From Klebsormidium nitens (Eukaryota > Plantae > Klebsormidiophyceae), in NCBI GenBank assembly GCA_000708835.1, contig DF236976.1, positions 62,001 through 126,000 of the forward strand: a stretch of DNA of 64,000 bases. The letters run 5' to 3'. This document shows, in pieces, positions 13,099 through 31,992 of this stretch (position 1 is its first letter; each line of letters opens with the position of its first letter). The notes beneath the pieces were generated by a model. It was not told the origin of the DNA and did not search any database. It worked only from the letters and a program-made list of their open reading frames with translations. The position numbers and the translations under genes are program-made.

Positions 13099-14493
13099 GA
13101 AGTTTAAGACCTCCTGGCCGAGACTACTAAAGACTTCCAAAACAATGCGGACGCCAAGTCCGGACAGTCTTGAAATCAGCTGAAGTCGCCAGCTATTTAT
13201 TGTCGTTATTCAAAGTCGTTTATACAGGGAACTCGTACCTTCGAAAGAAAGTTGGTGGGGGTAACTACATAAAGATCGTGCAGCATTCGGGCACAGGACA
13301 ATATTAATATTAAGGCTACTATGAAGCCGAGGGTTGTGAGACGACGGAGAGGAGTTTGAGAGGTGGTTTGACAGTACCTGGTGCTTTCGACGAGTTTTGG
13401 TTTTTGGCGGGAACTCAAACGGAGGAGCTTTTAGGATAGCACACTATCTCGTTACTTGCCTCAGCTGCACCACCTCTGATTGGCTCTTGAAGAAGAGGCC
13501 GTTCCATGTACATTTGTATCGGATTGTAGGCATTGTATCAAGAGAGCAGCAGTAGGAAGCGGAATTAATAAGTCTAGTCAGGTTTTTGACAATCGCAGCT
13601 CCGATTGTATAAGGGCTGCAAGTTACATGTAATGCGGGTACGTAGACGACGTTGCTCCTTAAAAATATCGTGGGGAATCCTGCATCGCATTACAATATGC
13701 AACGCCTATTGAAATACACCGCGAGTGTTTTTGGTAAAAGCAAACCTTTCTTGCATCGTCTGCTGCTTGAAAGTGTACGCGCATTCTAATTAGCCAGCTG
13801 TTGTGTTTGCTTGATTCACTCCTCGAGCTCAAGCTCAGGTTGCATGTCCGTTACATAACGTGTTCTCCATCGAGACAGGACTTGAGACGCGGTCAACCTT
13901 GAGTTGCGTGGCATCTGTGCGAACGCGCCAAAGCCGGACTCTGCTCCCTCAAGATGCTTTGATAGCGCCTGAACGATCTTCGGATTTATTGACAGCTTTG
14001 GACGCTAGCCGCCAATCTTTTCCAGCTGCGATCGCGCTGCCACTAAGACTGTTACGGGAACCTGTCTAGATGCACTTAGCGCATGCAGAATTCAACAACA
14101 TGCGACCGGTAGCCCTAACCAGTCATTGGTTGGCTTCGTGTAACGCGGCCGAGCGCGGGCGGTTGAAACTCCCAAGCGTTTTGTTTCGCTTACGCAGCTG
14201 ACCGGTTGATCAAACATGTGGTCAGCAAGGCTTGACGAAAGCCGCAGTGGTGCTCGAGTAGACTGTAGTGCTCGTCTCGTGGCAGGTCGACTCAGGTCGA
14301 CTGTCTCGTCGCGCATGCGGTTCGCAAAGTCTCGTACTAATTTGATAAAAGGGAGGCATCAACATCCTCGGATCCATTCTTGCTCTCGTGAGTCTCAATG
14401 TAAGATCATTTCTGCGCTCATGTTCTTACTTTTGCGCGTCCACAAATCGAGCTTTTGAAAGCCACTATGGTAGTGTAAAATTACTCTATCTCG

Positions 14494-16890
14494 ATGCGCA
14501 GCATGGAGCGGCTCCTGGCCAGCAGCCAGGTTGAGGACTTCCTGGCTCGCCTGAGGGAAAGCATCGCGCAATCCGAAGCGGTGGGAATTGTTAGTGTTGA
14601 AGCAGCAGGCGAAGAATGGAGCGGGCAGGAAGCAGATGTCGGCTTGCGGAGGCCTCTGGTAAACGCATCTGGTGAAGTTCCTGGAATGGAAGCATCCAAA
14701 GGGAATGATCATCGTGAATCGCTGCGGAACATTCCCTCTCCATATTCAGACAGCGCGGGACAGGCTGGTCAACAACCTCAAGCTGATACCGCGCACAAGG
14801 AACCTGGAGGGTTCGATACTATTTACTCATCGCATCTGGTAACTGAAGGCTCCGCTGAAGCCTCCTCTCAGCGTGCGCTTCGCAGATCAACGGAGACCTT
14901 TCATGGCGCATCTGATGGCAATCAAGAGCTAGGTAGAGAAACTTTTCAGCCAGAGAAGCCTCTCGCGGTGCCAGAAACCCCCCTTCTTCAGAAAGGATCT
15001 ACGCCTCGAGCGCTTGACACCATGCAGTCTGCTTTCAAGAAGTTCGAGCATGCAGAGATGCAAGGAGGATCCCAACCGACCGAGATTCTCGACTCTCAAG
15101 AAGAGTCATTTGCAGGAAAGGTTTCTAGCTTCATGAGCCCTCAACTGATGCATCAAAGCAGACAGGTAGCTATGCACCCCCCTGAAAGAGGGACTCACAG
15201 ACCAGACTTGCTTCAACGCACTCAGCCGGTTCTGTCATCCTTTCCGCAGCCCTTCAGGCCCCCTAACCGGCCTGCTGACATTATGACAGGACAGAGCGCT
15301 CCTTTCTATGGATACTACGCTGGTGGGAATCAAGCAGGCCAAAGCAGCAACCCAGTTACGTTCTCGGGAAGCTTCCCTCCGCGTCAAGTGCAACATTCAC
15401 CAGAAACACCAGGGGTCTTCTCAAGGACCAAGGAGTTAGAAGCTCTTGAAAGTGTCGCAGCTCAGAATCTTAAGCAGCGCATGATCCTCAAGTGGCAGCT
15501 TGACATCCGAGCAAGCATTTTGAGAGCTCAGCTGGAGGAAACAGAGCAAGAGATGCAGAAGAACGCGACGGAACTAGGGTTTGCAGGCAGGCAGGCTCAA
15601 GAGATCAGAGATCTGAGACGTCAGATAGACCTGAACAGCATGCACGTTTACCAGCCTCCATCCAGCAATTCAGGGGGTGGCCCTTTTGCAGAAAGCGAAC
15701 GGAACTTACCTCCATGGGAACAAGCTGAGCAGACCAGAAACTCTCAGGTTCTTCTGGGGGCGTTCGTCCAACGTGGTGCACTTGCAGCTTCTTCGGCGCC
15801 GCTTCCACCGGAAGAACTGGCGACAAGAATTGCTTCTCTCGGGAAAGACGTCGCGGTTGGCTCTGTGGGAGATCGACAGCCTCTCTCTCCCCAGCCGTTC
15901 TTGACACCATCGAAGGTGACGCAAGAAGGTTCTCAAATCGCGCACGGAAAGGATGCAGCGGGTGATGAGGAAGGAGGAGAGGAGCTCGTGAAGAGAGCAA
16001 CAAGTCAGGCCGAAGACAAGGGTAGCAGACAAGAGGTCGTTCCAGACAATTCATTTTCTGAGGGGGCCGGAAAAGCCGTCAAAGAGCCTGAGGAAAACAG
16101 GGCAAAGCAGGATGTCCCGATTGTTGGTGTGGAAACAGCAGGCAGAAGCGAAGTTGCGGGAGGGAACGCAACGGGACAGAAGGGAGCCGTAGCCGAAAAT
16201 CAAACAAAGCCGCAGCCAGGCGAAGGCTCTTCAGTTAGTAAGAGGGTGCAGAATGAAGAAGAGAAAGAAGGGCGGAGCGAAGATCAGAGGAAAGAAGAGC
16301 AGAAGCCAAACTCGACGTCAGCTGCGCCAGAGAGCAGAACTGAAAGCGTGCACGAGAGGAGACAGAGCTCTGGCAGCAAAGCGGAGCGGGTGGCTACGGT
16401 CGAAGCTCCTGTGCCAGAGTCGGAACGGAGGCCGCAGATTGCAAGGCGCAATGCGGACGAAGGGAAGAGACCGGAAAAAGATGTCCAGAGAAGCAGAGAG
16501 AGCGGAGGAGGGAGGCAAGAAGACGCTGAGAAGGAGAGGGGGCGCCCGGAAAGAGTGCATCACGCAGGGCGAGTCGGCGAAATGGTAAGCCATACCGATT
16601 GCGTGGCTTTTTCAATCATTTTGGTTGATCGCCCATTCTTGGTTAACGCATCCAAACGAATGAGCTTTCTTTTTTGTTAACTGAGCATACATTTCCCCCC
16701 CCCCCCTCTTGCAGGCTTTGCTTGGTGCTGTTGCCAGGCTTTGGATGACATTATTAGACCAAATCCATCATCTAAAATTATGTTTGCCTGTTGTTCCCTG
16801 CGCCCCTTGAGCAACAAAGAGATTGCACAATCTGGTGCCATCGAGATTGTCTTCCAGGCCCAGATCCTCTTCGAAAGCCTTAAAGCATAA
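14494..16890 (+). CDS. Hypothetical low-complexity protein with a central coiled-coil-like segment; 2.1-kb exon 14494-16584, 3' end uncertain
   Basis: 728-codon ORF with a good donor ATG|gtaagc at 16584/16585. A poly-C tract and two candidate acceptors lie near 16714-16737. Q/P/S/E-rich; heptad-like LEALESVAAQNLKQR...LRAQLEETEQEMQKN. No domain recognised. Confidence 0.6.
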
Positions 16891-18401
16891 GGGCTGAAAC
16901 TGGGAAAATCGGTGACAAAGCCGAAGCAGTTCTTCAAACCAGTCCTTCCGAGCAGCCTTCCATTTGAGTTTCTGCGTCACGCAGCTTTCTGAAGAGAAGG
17001 GCCGCTGGATGGAGAAGAGGAAGAGCCCCACAACAGGGATTAGCGGCGCTCCGGCAGAAAAGCTCAAGAGCAGCCAAGTGGAGTACCAGATGCTTCAGCT
17101 GAAGAGAAGGAGGTGGGAGACGCCGCGGAAGGAATCAGACCGCCAGCCGCAGAAATGAGCGAGGCGGATCGAACAGTTTGTAACGGTGCCTATTGAGCAG
17201 AGACGTTTCGTGATGTGTGATTGCGCGTCATAGGAAGGAAGGCGTCTCTGGGGTGGATCAGGGCCGATAACGGAAGAAAGCAGACGTAGAGAATGTGGAC
17301 GAAAGGGAAATTGGGAGGCAGCGGCCCGCGGGCTTTAGTGCACTTTCGCAATAATGTTCTATCGGCTGTCGACCTGCACTTATGTCTATGCCATTTTCAG
17401 GCTCACAGTAACCACTCTGCATGGCTGCGGAACTCCTATTCTTACTCAAGATCGTATGCTGTGTCCAGAAGTCTACGTGTTTAGGATGTTTGCAATTGGT
17501 TGCCGCAAACCGGCAAGGCACTCTGAGTGGTACCTAGACGTGGACGAAATCACGACTGCAGATATGTGTTTCGCTTCTCTGCAAAGTTCCATACATACAA
17601 AGTTGTGTGGGTTGGGAGGCACGCCTGCTACAAGGGGTCTTTACTATAATGGGCATGAACCATATGGTGGCCCTCCATCTTTTTTGTGACCGCCGCCCTC
17701 TCACTCACCGCGACCTAACTTTTCAGAAACGACAGTTGGTAAAACGTACTGCGCGGTAGATTATGTAGCAAAGAGAGACTTTCAGTCTTTGGCATTTGCG
17801 GCTAGACTTATCAGATGAATCATTGTTTCGGACGTACATAGTGGCAGCTGAGCCACCCAGAACCAAGAATGGTTTGGGCCCGAGCGCAAGATACCCGCTC
17901 TACATTTCATCGCGTGACTTTAAGGCCTGTGTACTCAGCGTTCATGAGTTGTAATTGTATTCAGCAACACAAGCGCCATGCGCCGTTAAGAGGGCAGCAC
18001 AGCCGGCGCAGCGTATTGTGCACACATGTCTGATTGCTAATGCAGCACAGAACGGAAAGCTGGCGACCATATGACTTATATTGAACCGATCTCGAACTGG
18101 AAGCAAGCCTCGATCAAGACAATTGTAAACTCTCGCCTTGGCGCAATGATAGACTGTGTAGCGTTTGAAGCACCCTAGAGATGCAAATTTCCATATCTAG
18201 ACAGCTATCCGAGGCACTAATGAGGAGCAGGATAAGATTGCTACTAAGAGATTGCAGCGCGTTGTCCTAGGCAACGACTACTGAATTAGTTGAATGCGCA
18301 ATGAAGTAAGCATTAAGCCTGCTTTGACAGTGTGCAGCGTGCAGAGAACCAAGCGTCGAGCGCTCTCGACAAGCCTGGCCCGCACACAACAATCTAAAAG
18401 C

Positions 18402-21400
18402 CTATTCCTCTTCTCCTGCGTCTTCCCCCTTGTCCAGAATTTCCGTCGCTTGCGTGTCGGCGGATCCCCGGGTCGCTTCTAGTATCGCTTTGGCCCTCAT
18501 CTCTTCCCTCCAAGCGTCTTCAATTCCACCAAGCCCCCCCGCTTGCAGATTCTTCCAGATCTGCTCTTCTAGGCGGTCTGGATCCACATCCCCCAAACTC
18601 CCATCGAGCCCGAACTCCTCCTCGAGCTTTCGCTTCTCCGCTTCTAAGCGTTCCCTCAGACCCGTGTCCCCAAAGCTCCACTTTCCTAACTCAATCTCCT
18701 CCACAACATTTGTCTCCACATCCCCTATTTGCGGGTCTTCTCCTAACCCAGCTGGCAGAACCCCACTTAACCGCACCGTTTCCTCTCTACTTAACGAGAC
18801 CCCTGGCAGTCCGAGGTACTCCCTTATCGACGCCCTCACCTCCGTGGTCGAGCGCGAAACGAGCAGCCGCCTTTCTAAAACCTGCTCTAACCCCTGGTTA
18901 ACGCTTAACTCGTCCTCACCGTCTCGCAGCTCGAGCAGCTCCCGTTGGACGCTGGAGGGGCCCGGTAGGGCGGCGGGGGGCCCTGTCGGCAGCTCCGGCC
19001 ACGGCCGCGCCCTCACCTCCCCGTCTGGGAGCAGGCTCAACTCGATCACGACGGGGCCCTCCTCGGGGACTTTGTACGGGACGCTGGACTCAACGAGAGC
19101 TGCGAGGGGAGTTTGAAAAACATGAGGAGATGGACCTGTAGACGTTTCGACCATTCGTGAAGAAGGTTATCGAGAAAGATGACGAACAACGAGAAAGATC
19201 AAGAGACAAAATGCTTCCGGGATTATGAGCTGGAGAAAGAACGCCGCAGACTGGTCTGCAAATTTTGGAGTCAGATACCCGGGGACCTCTGCCAAACACT
19301 CCTGCTTTGGTTTACTACCAATCGATGAAGAGGCTCCCAACAGAGAACGAGCAATACATGCGATGCTGGAGAAACCTTCCTTCGCAAACGACCTGCCATG
19401 ACCGGCTTTCATTTCAAACTTGGAGAACCTCAGCGACCTGACGTCATCAGTCAAGCATCACTAGTAGAAGACGTCAGCGACTCACCGTGGCGCAATTTTG
19501 TTTTCGGCTTCCGGTGCAGAGCCTTAGAGAGCGGCAGCGCGGCCCACTGCTCTACCGCCGCCGAGTTCTCGGGGCGACAGCCCACCACCTCGCCGTCCCG
19601 GGACACCACCACCTGACAGCAAAAGTAACGGCGGGACGTCAGAATGATATGATGTGCTAAGGGAGAAACTGGTTCAAAACTTTTTCTTCCCCTACAAGCC
19701 ACGTGCTGACGTGAGCCGTTCTGTGAAATGAATACGGATACGCGGGTATTTCGAATCGCGAAAGGTACGGCTAAACGACTTCTGGCATGCGGAAGTCGCG
19801 TTTCTGCCGCGCCCGCCTCGCTCGCAGAAGAAACCCCCTTGTAGGAAGCTGCTTCAGACCATGGTTTCAGCAATGCACATTTCGTACCACAAGACGTGCG
19901 GTCAGCCTGCCTTCCCCGCCTTTAACGAAACAGCGTCTAACATGAAGAACAACTGTCAATCACGTGGCAGGGCAATGGAGGAACTGGAACAGATTCTGAA
20001 AAAGGTTCAAGGTCACATAGCAGGGCCTGGTGCCCCCACCTGGAAGACGAGCTCTTTGGCCGGCTCTTCCCCTGCCTCAGCGGGCGTCCAGAAGCCTGCC
20101 ATGGTCGCCACCGCGTCGCACAGCAGCTGCATCTCCTCCTCGGGAACGTCGCTGTTCGACGGCAGCACCACCTGCAGCAACAGCGAAGCGGTCGGTCAAC
20201 CCTGCAGCCTTCTTGGAGAAATGTAAGTAAGAACATCTTGAGAGGTTGTAGAGGAAATTGAACGCGTGAGCTGCGAAGACGGCATGTCTGCTGTGAAAGT
20301 GACGAGGCTGGCGGGAAAGATGTGAGACAACGGATGGGCAAGCTGAGAAGCATCACGAGGAATTGCATCAGCAGCGGAAAAACCCCTCATTTTGTGGGAC
20401 AGCCGTTTCCGGAGGAGCCAATTCAAGGGCCACTGCCACTTTGAATCGTTCGTAGATTCGCAAATGGCACTCCTTCGCCAATTCGACCAGGTTTTACATG
20501 ATTGTCGTCAGCTCGTGTCGTGACATGTGCCTCATTCCGACCTAATCGATGCCAGTGCACTCAATCTCTGGGTCCGCAGACAACGGAAAGGTTGGCTTTC
20601 TGGAACAAACTCACCTTTCGCCTGTGGGGTTCGCGGGCCGGTTGTCGAGTCTCGACCGACTGCTGTTGAGACATCGCCACGGCTTGCGGATTGTAGCTCT
20701 GCCTCCGAGGAAGAGACGCCTTGTTCACAACCGAGAGGGCGACTAGGAGGGCGCCAGAAAGAACTAGTCTGGGGAGCTCGGAGAGCCAGGTCTGCAGGAT
20801 ATGAAAAAGAACAGCGGTGAGTGGAGACGAGGGGAGGGAAGGGGTCAGTGTCGGCCTGCTCACTGGTGTCAAACCCGACAGCGCTTGTGATTCACTCTAA
20901 GCACTTGTATCTAGTCAACAGGTTGTAATCCTTCATGGCCAAAATGGATGGTAACCACTGCCCGAGTGGTCACGCCTGAACTCAGAGCTCTTTCAAGCTC
21001 CTATAGGCTGCTATAGGCTGCTGTTGGATTTGGAAAATCCACAAACTAGACCGCCAGGTGTCTCTGCTCAAGTAAACCGACCGCTTCACGTAGATCATCA
21101 AAGACAGAACGCACGTGTGCCCCACCTTCTCCACTTTGACCGGCGCCTCCGCCGGTCGCGGCGGGACTTTGACCAGCATCGGACGGTCCACCGTCGGCCA
21201 CGTGGCCTTGTCCTTCAGGAACGCGTCCACCGCCTCCGCGAGGTCCACCAGCTGGCTGTGCGTCAGCAGCAGCTCGATGACGTCATCCTCCGCCACGCTG
21301 TGCGTCCCTTTCGGTAGCGACGACCGGTTGCCGTCCTTGTCTATCCGCCACACCGTTTCCCAGCCCTCCACGACTTGCACGTTCTTCAGCAAACGGCCCT

Positions 21401-24400
21401 CCACTTGCATTAGATGCACGTGGAAGTCCTGGGGCGATATGAGCGCAATCCGACGGTCGAGATGAGTCGCCTCCTCCATGCCGCTGGTAGAGGCTTGCTC
21501 CAATCCCGCCGCTCGGGTTTGTTCCAAAGAAAGCTCCATTTCCCTCTCGCTTTCTAGGTTTAGTCCCGTCATCCCCCGTTTATCGTCTTCCATTTCTGAT
21601 CTTCCCACGAAAGTTGTACTCTCTCTCTTAGCGGCCGCGGTTACCGTTCCATTCACACTTTCTTCCGTTTTGGGTCTCTCTGACGCCTTTTTCGATGTGG
21701 CGCGATCTGCAGACGCCACTGCTGCGGCCGTGTCTGACGACTGCGCACTAACATTCCCACCCCGCTCACTCGTCTCTGCAAACCGCCCAGTATCTTCCCT
21801 TAACTGCCCGTTACTAATCCCCGCCACCCCCACCGACGCTTCGGACGTGCTCGCGCCTACTGACCGCACTGCCGGACGCTCTTCGGACTGTCCGGTGACT
21901 GCCCGAGCGAACTCGTCCAGTTGCGCGGCCTGCTGAAGCACGGCAATGTCTTCCGCAGCGGACTCTGGAAGCGGCCACCATTCCCGCGCCTCTCTTTTCG
22001 CCGCCAACACGGTGTCCTGAATGTAGGCCGCATCTTCAGCGATGGGATCGAGTGCGGTTCCGGGATCAGACGCCGGTGCAGCTACGACAGCGTGAGGAGA
22101 CGGGGAGGGAGACACAGTGCAGAAGCGAACGGGGTGACTTGCGCGGGGTATCCAGCTTTCGGGGGCGGGGGCTTCGTCGGGCTCTCGGAAGGGGGCCGCG
22201 AGTGCTTGGCGCAGGTTCTCGAGGGCCCCTGGGCGGAGGAGCAATCTCAGTTAAAGAAATATGGAGGATATGACGGTGGCTGTGAAAAGATAAGTTGTCT
22301 GCCCGGTCGCGAATGCGGCTGGACAGTGCCGGAACGCAGAAATGACACTTATACGAACATGCTGATGGCAGAAAATTTGGCTAGCTGAAAGCACCTCCAA
22401 AATGAGGGCTTCGAACGGGCTGCGGACTCGACGATAGGACGGAAACACCGAGGTTTTGTTGCCATTCAAGCCGCGCTTGATTGGTTGTGCAAAAGGCCAG
22501 CTATTTCTCTTCCTCGGCACAGGGCTTGGATCCAGAGCAGCAAGGCCTATACACGTTTCACAGGCGATGGAGAACACCCACAAGCTGTCATGCAGCAATG
22601 CCACTGGTAGGCTTTGTCGCGCCGTGCTCGTTAGCAGCTCACTCAATCAAAGTCTCCGCTCGCATTACCGTTCACTGCAAGAGGGGCTCTTGAGCGCTCA
22701 CCCAAGAAGCCGGAAGGGCTCTGTTCACTGGGGTCCTCGTTTGCAACCTCCCTGCCGCCAGGAGGGAGAACGTCCCAGAAGGAGTAGGCCGCTAGAGACT
22801 GGCTCAAGTAGACCAGGAACGACTTGGAGCCTTGCAAGAACACGGTGTCAACCGGCTGCAGCCACAGAAAGTAAGAAGTTCATCAGTCTAACATTAATAC
22901 GTTGCCGAGCTTTTTGAGATCATCCAAAAACAGAGTCTGGGCAGAACTAAGACAGTCATCTCAAAACGGTTGGTCTGAAACTATAAGCAGACTCGGTACG
23001 AATTTAGCTAGCATTTTGGACTGCTCACGAGCATACAAACTCAGTTCAAAAGCTTGGCCCCAACCGTTTCGGTTACCAGCCAGCACACAGACCATCGCAA
23101 TCCAAGAATGATCAATCACGTTTTATCCAACTGAATCTGAGTGAAAGTGGGCTTACCCAGGGCCGGGGCGAGTGCCACAGCTCGAAGCTGTAATCTACTT
23201 GCGCTTTCTCCCACTGCCCGGGGGGCCGGAACCCAACCGCAACCTCAGCAATCTGGTCGACACGCACGCGGCGCGTTTCATCCCGCGCCAATTTCTCTTC
23301 GAGGAGCGCTTCCGGAACGTCCGGCCCAGCTTGGTACACCTTCGCCGCCCTTTTCATCCAGCCATCCGCTTTCATAGATCGGAAACTTTCCCGCGAGCGG
23401 AAGAGCTCATCCACCGGGACTATCACCCGGGTATATACCTGGCGTGATTTGTTGAGGGATCAGGACAGTGAATGAATGGGCAGATATTCCACAAACCAGT
23501 CACAGGATGATTGCAGGATGTGTTGCCACCAACGGGAGATGCCACGCTTTTACACTGTGATACTTACAAAATTCTCAGTTGCAAAGTGTAATTCGCCTGC
23601 ACAAGTGTCCGCAGTACATCGCAGTGCTTTACACAACAGCACTGAGCAGAACGACAAGATGCTACACATTGGTCATCGACTGGACGCTTCCAGGTTTGAA
23701 AGACGCCCATGATATCTTTCGCACCGCAAGCACCTTTCGTCTTGCAACTTCTTTGGAGCACCAACCACCTTACCGGCAGCCAGGGATGGTTATCGCGCGC
23801 GGATTTGCCAACGTTCACAACAAGTGGCGCGCCCTCCTTGTTCTCAAGGCCCTTCTCGCGGATAAGAGTCTCCGCCACCGGAAGCATCGCTATTGACACT
23901 TGGGTCGAGAGCGCCGTACCCGAGACTCCCACCATGGCGAGCACGTTCTCATAGTGACGGGAGGCGGAGAGGCGCGGGACAGATGTCATCGTGGATGTTT
24001 CCTGAGCCTGCAAAGAAGGAGAAACCTAAGTACTTCGTAAGGGGGGGTCCAGTGCTCGGACTTTTGGGCTTGCAGCAACGAGTGGGGCGGGTACAACTTC
24101 GGCTTGTTTGCAGGTCTGACATGCGCCAGCACCTTTGCTGAGAGAGGGGAATCCGCGACATGGTTTGAAATAGGAAGGTGAGAAGAAAGGCAGCAGCTGC
24201 TTCTTTGCCAACACTTGTCGGGGGCCTTGATCTGACCAAGGAGCAGGAGGAAGGTGCTACGATACCAATGCCAAGAGCGATAGGTGAGATAAACTAGGCT
24301 GGAAGATAGCGTCGTCATGGGATGGGCAGAGCAGCAGAAAAGTAGCTTCAACCTCACCTCAATTGGGGCACCACTTCGTCAAGTGCGCAGCTTAACAAAG

Positions 24401-25503
24401 CGGTGGACTTGACTAGAAAATTCAAAAAACAATACACTCTTGCCAATATATTGGAGCGTTCTGCATGATTGTGAACCAGACATAACCATATTGCGACGGC
24501 GAAATCTTCTAGTGGAAAGGAGCACACCGGGGTTTCTGGCAGTGGTAGACTACCAGAGACGAGGGGATCAATTGACTTTGAAGATGTAAATGATGTCAGC
24601 TGATAGTGAGCACCATTTGCAAGGATGTAGATAATTTTGCAAGAATCAAGATAAGTTCGCTCCACAACTGAGCGCCGGCTCGACGTCCAAATTCCAGAGT
24701 CTGTCCTAGGTGTGCAACTTCTGGCTTGGAGAAAGATTCATGTGAATGCAAACCCTAAACTCATATATGCAAAGCAGACAGCATTCTCAATACAAGTTGG
24801 TACCCTTCTAAGCAAAGCAATCAGCACCTTTTAGTGAAATAGTTGACCAAGGTTAAAAAGAAAAGCACTTCCTCACATCTAGCATAAGAACACCGTTGTC
24901 GCAAGCAGCATTATCACTTTTTCAGAAGTCTATCTAAAAAAACTCTCACAATCTCACCACCACCATCAGATCTTTATCTCTCATAATTACTTCATGATTG
25001 TGATTTATAAAATTTGATCACATGTGGGACACAACACGGAGAGAATTCAGGATGTTGGTCTTCCGTATGTTATTCTGCAGCTAGCTTTCGGTCCAGAAAC
25101 TCACCACCCTGCTTCGATACTGTTTCGGGAGGCCCGCCCCCGCCTCCGTCGGCTCATGGTTGAAAGCAGTGCATCTACAGCTTTCACGCCCCTTGGGAGA
25201 TCTTGGAACCATGTGCCGCACTGACCCAGACCATGTGCTGCTACCCAGGAACGACCCTTTGCTACCAATTTGCAAATTGGTGACAAGACTTCCATGCCTC
25301 GTGTCTACTTTACGCCGGCCAGCTATTCGAGGGACCGTCAGGGTAGGGAGAAAAACCCTTGCACGAGTTGACCCAAGGCAAGTCCGCTGACCGCTGAAAA
25401 GATAATCCGGCTGAACACGTTCCCTTGAAGAAGTGGGCAATTCTATTTGAATGGACCAAGGAGGAGGAACCAACGACGGCCCAGCCAATGCCGCCGAGGC
25501 CAT
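18402..25503 (-). CDS. Unidentified large multi-exon protein, probably plastid-targeted
   Basis: The first exon (ATG 25503) is Ser/Arg/Pro-rich, like a transit peptide. Phase-compatible 3' exons: ~22245-21126, 20791-20615, 20171-20040, 19612-19486, 19099-18402. Further coding exons at ~24007-23772, ~23443-23156 and ~22855-22700. One hydrophobic segment (LPRLVLSGALLVALSVV) and an acidic C-terminus. The 5' junctions are less certain; this could be two genes. Confidence 0.7.
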
Positions 25504-25682
25504 ATCTACAGAGAACAGGGGAACAGGCTCGAGACGAGTAGCTTTAGTGACATTGTGACTGTCACCAGCTCAAGAAGACATGTGCTAACAGGACCGCCCG
25601 CATTGCCATTTGTATGCTTGCTCTTGGTGCTGTGTGAGGCTGTTCAACTTCAAGCTAGCGGGGTCTAAATGCGCATCCCTTT

Positions 25683-26142
25683 AAACCCTAAATATCCTAA
25701 AACCGGGTGGCTTGCTGACCTAGGCAGAGGGCGCAGACGCCAGCCAAAATGTCGGCGCGAGCAGAATGTAAGCGGGCGGAATTATCATATCAAAACTGCC
25801 CACAAGGTCAAAACGACTTGGCTAGGTCCCAAAACGTTCTCTACAAAGTTTCCGCCATCGTTGGGTGTCATTTGCCCGGTCCATTTGAATGCCCAAAATC
25901 TGCATTTTAGCTGGGGAAGTCAGACATAGGGCCACTTCAGCCTTGACACTAATGGCTCCACCGGGTGCGTAACCCGAAAGTGGGTGGAAATGGTAGCCTA
26001 CAGGCCATATAAGACGTCTGCAAAGTGTAGGGACGCGCCCGCGGTGGAGCCCATACGGTCTGCTCGCTACTGGGCGCTACATATTTTGGCTGGGCGTCTG
26101 CGCCCTCTGGACCTAGGGTTGGATTTGGAGGCTAGGGTTTTG
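25683..26142. repeat. Inverted-repeat (foldback/MITE-like) element between the divergent plastid-protein gene and fabG
   Basis: cctaggcagagggcgcagacgccagccaaaatgt..gcgagcaga (25719-25765) is the near reverse complement of tctgctcgc..acatattttggctgggcgtctgcgccctctggacctagg (26059-26117). The outer flanks carry aaaccctaa / ctagggtttt. Confidence 0.7.
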
Positions 26143-26456
26143 CCCACCCCTCATGCCACGCTGGCAGATGACCATCGCCCATAAGAACGTTTTCACACTT
26201 CCGTTCTAGAGGGTGGGAAAAAGTAAGATCCGTAGCTGTGTGAAAAGCCCCGGCCACAGGCCGGCCTGGATCGATCAGTTGAAGCAATGCGCTGCAATTG
26301 AGCTCTTTCCTGGCTAAACCCGCATTCCCCATTTTCTATGTGCAACATTGCATTGCGTGACGTTTACCGGAAGCTCTGCTCTGATCAACGTTCTTTAGAG
26401 AGGAGTGTCCGTCTGTGCTCTAGCCACTGAGAGTCCTGTTATAGCTTTCGACCATC

Positions 26457-31992
<5,536 letters not shown>

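Noticed and set aside
15605-16615. Several overlapping ORFs inside the 14494 exon
   Set aside because: Alternative-frame or antisense shadows of the long GC-rich exon.
18430-19116. 228-aa + strand Ser-rich ORF (also 21115-21465 and 21478-21936)
   Set aside because: Antisense shadows of the Glu-rich minus-strand exons; no splice or domain support.
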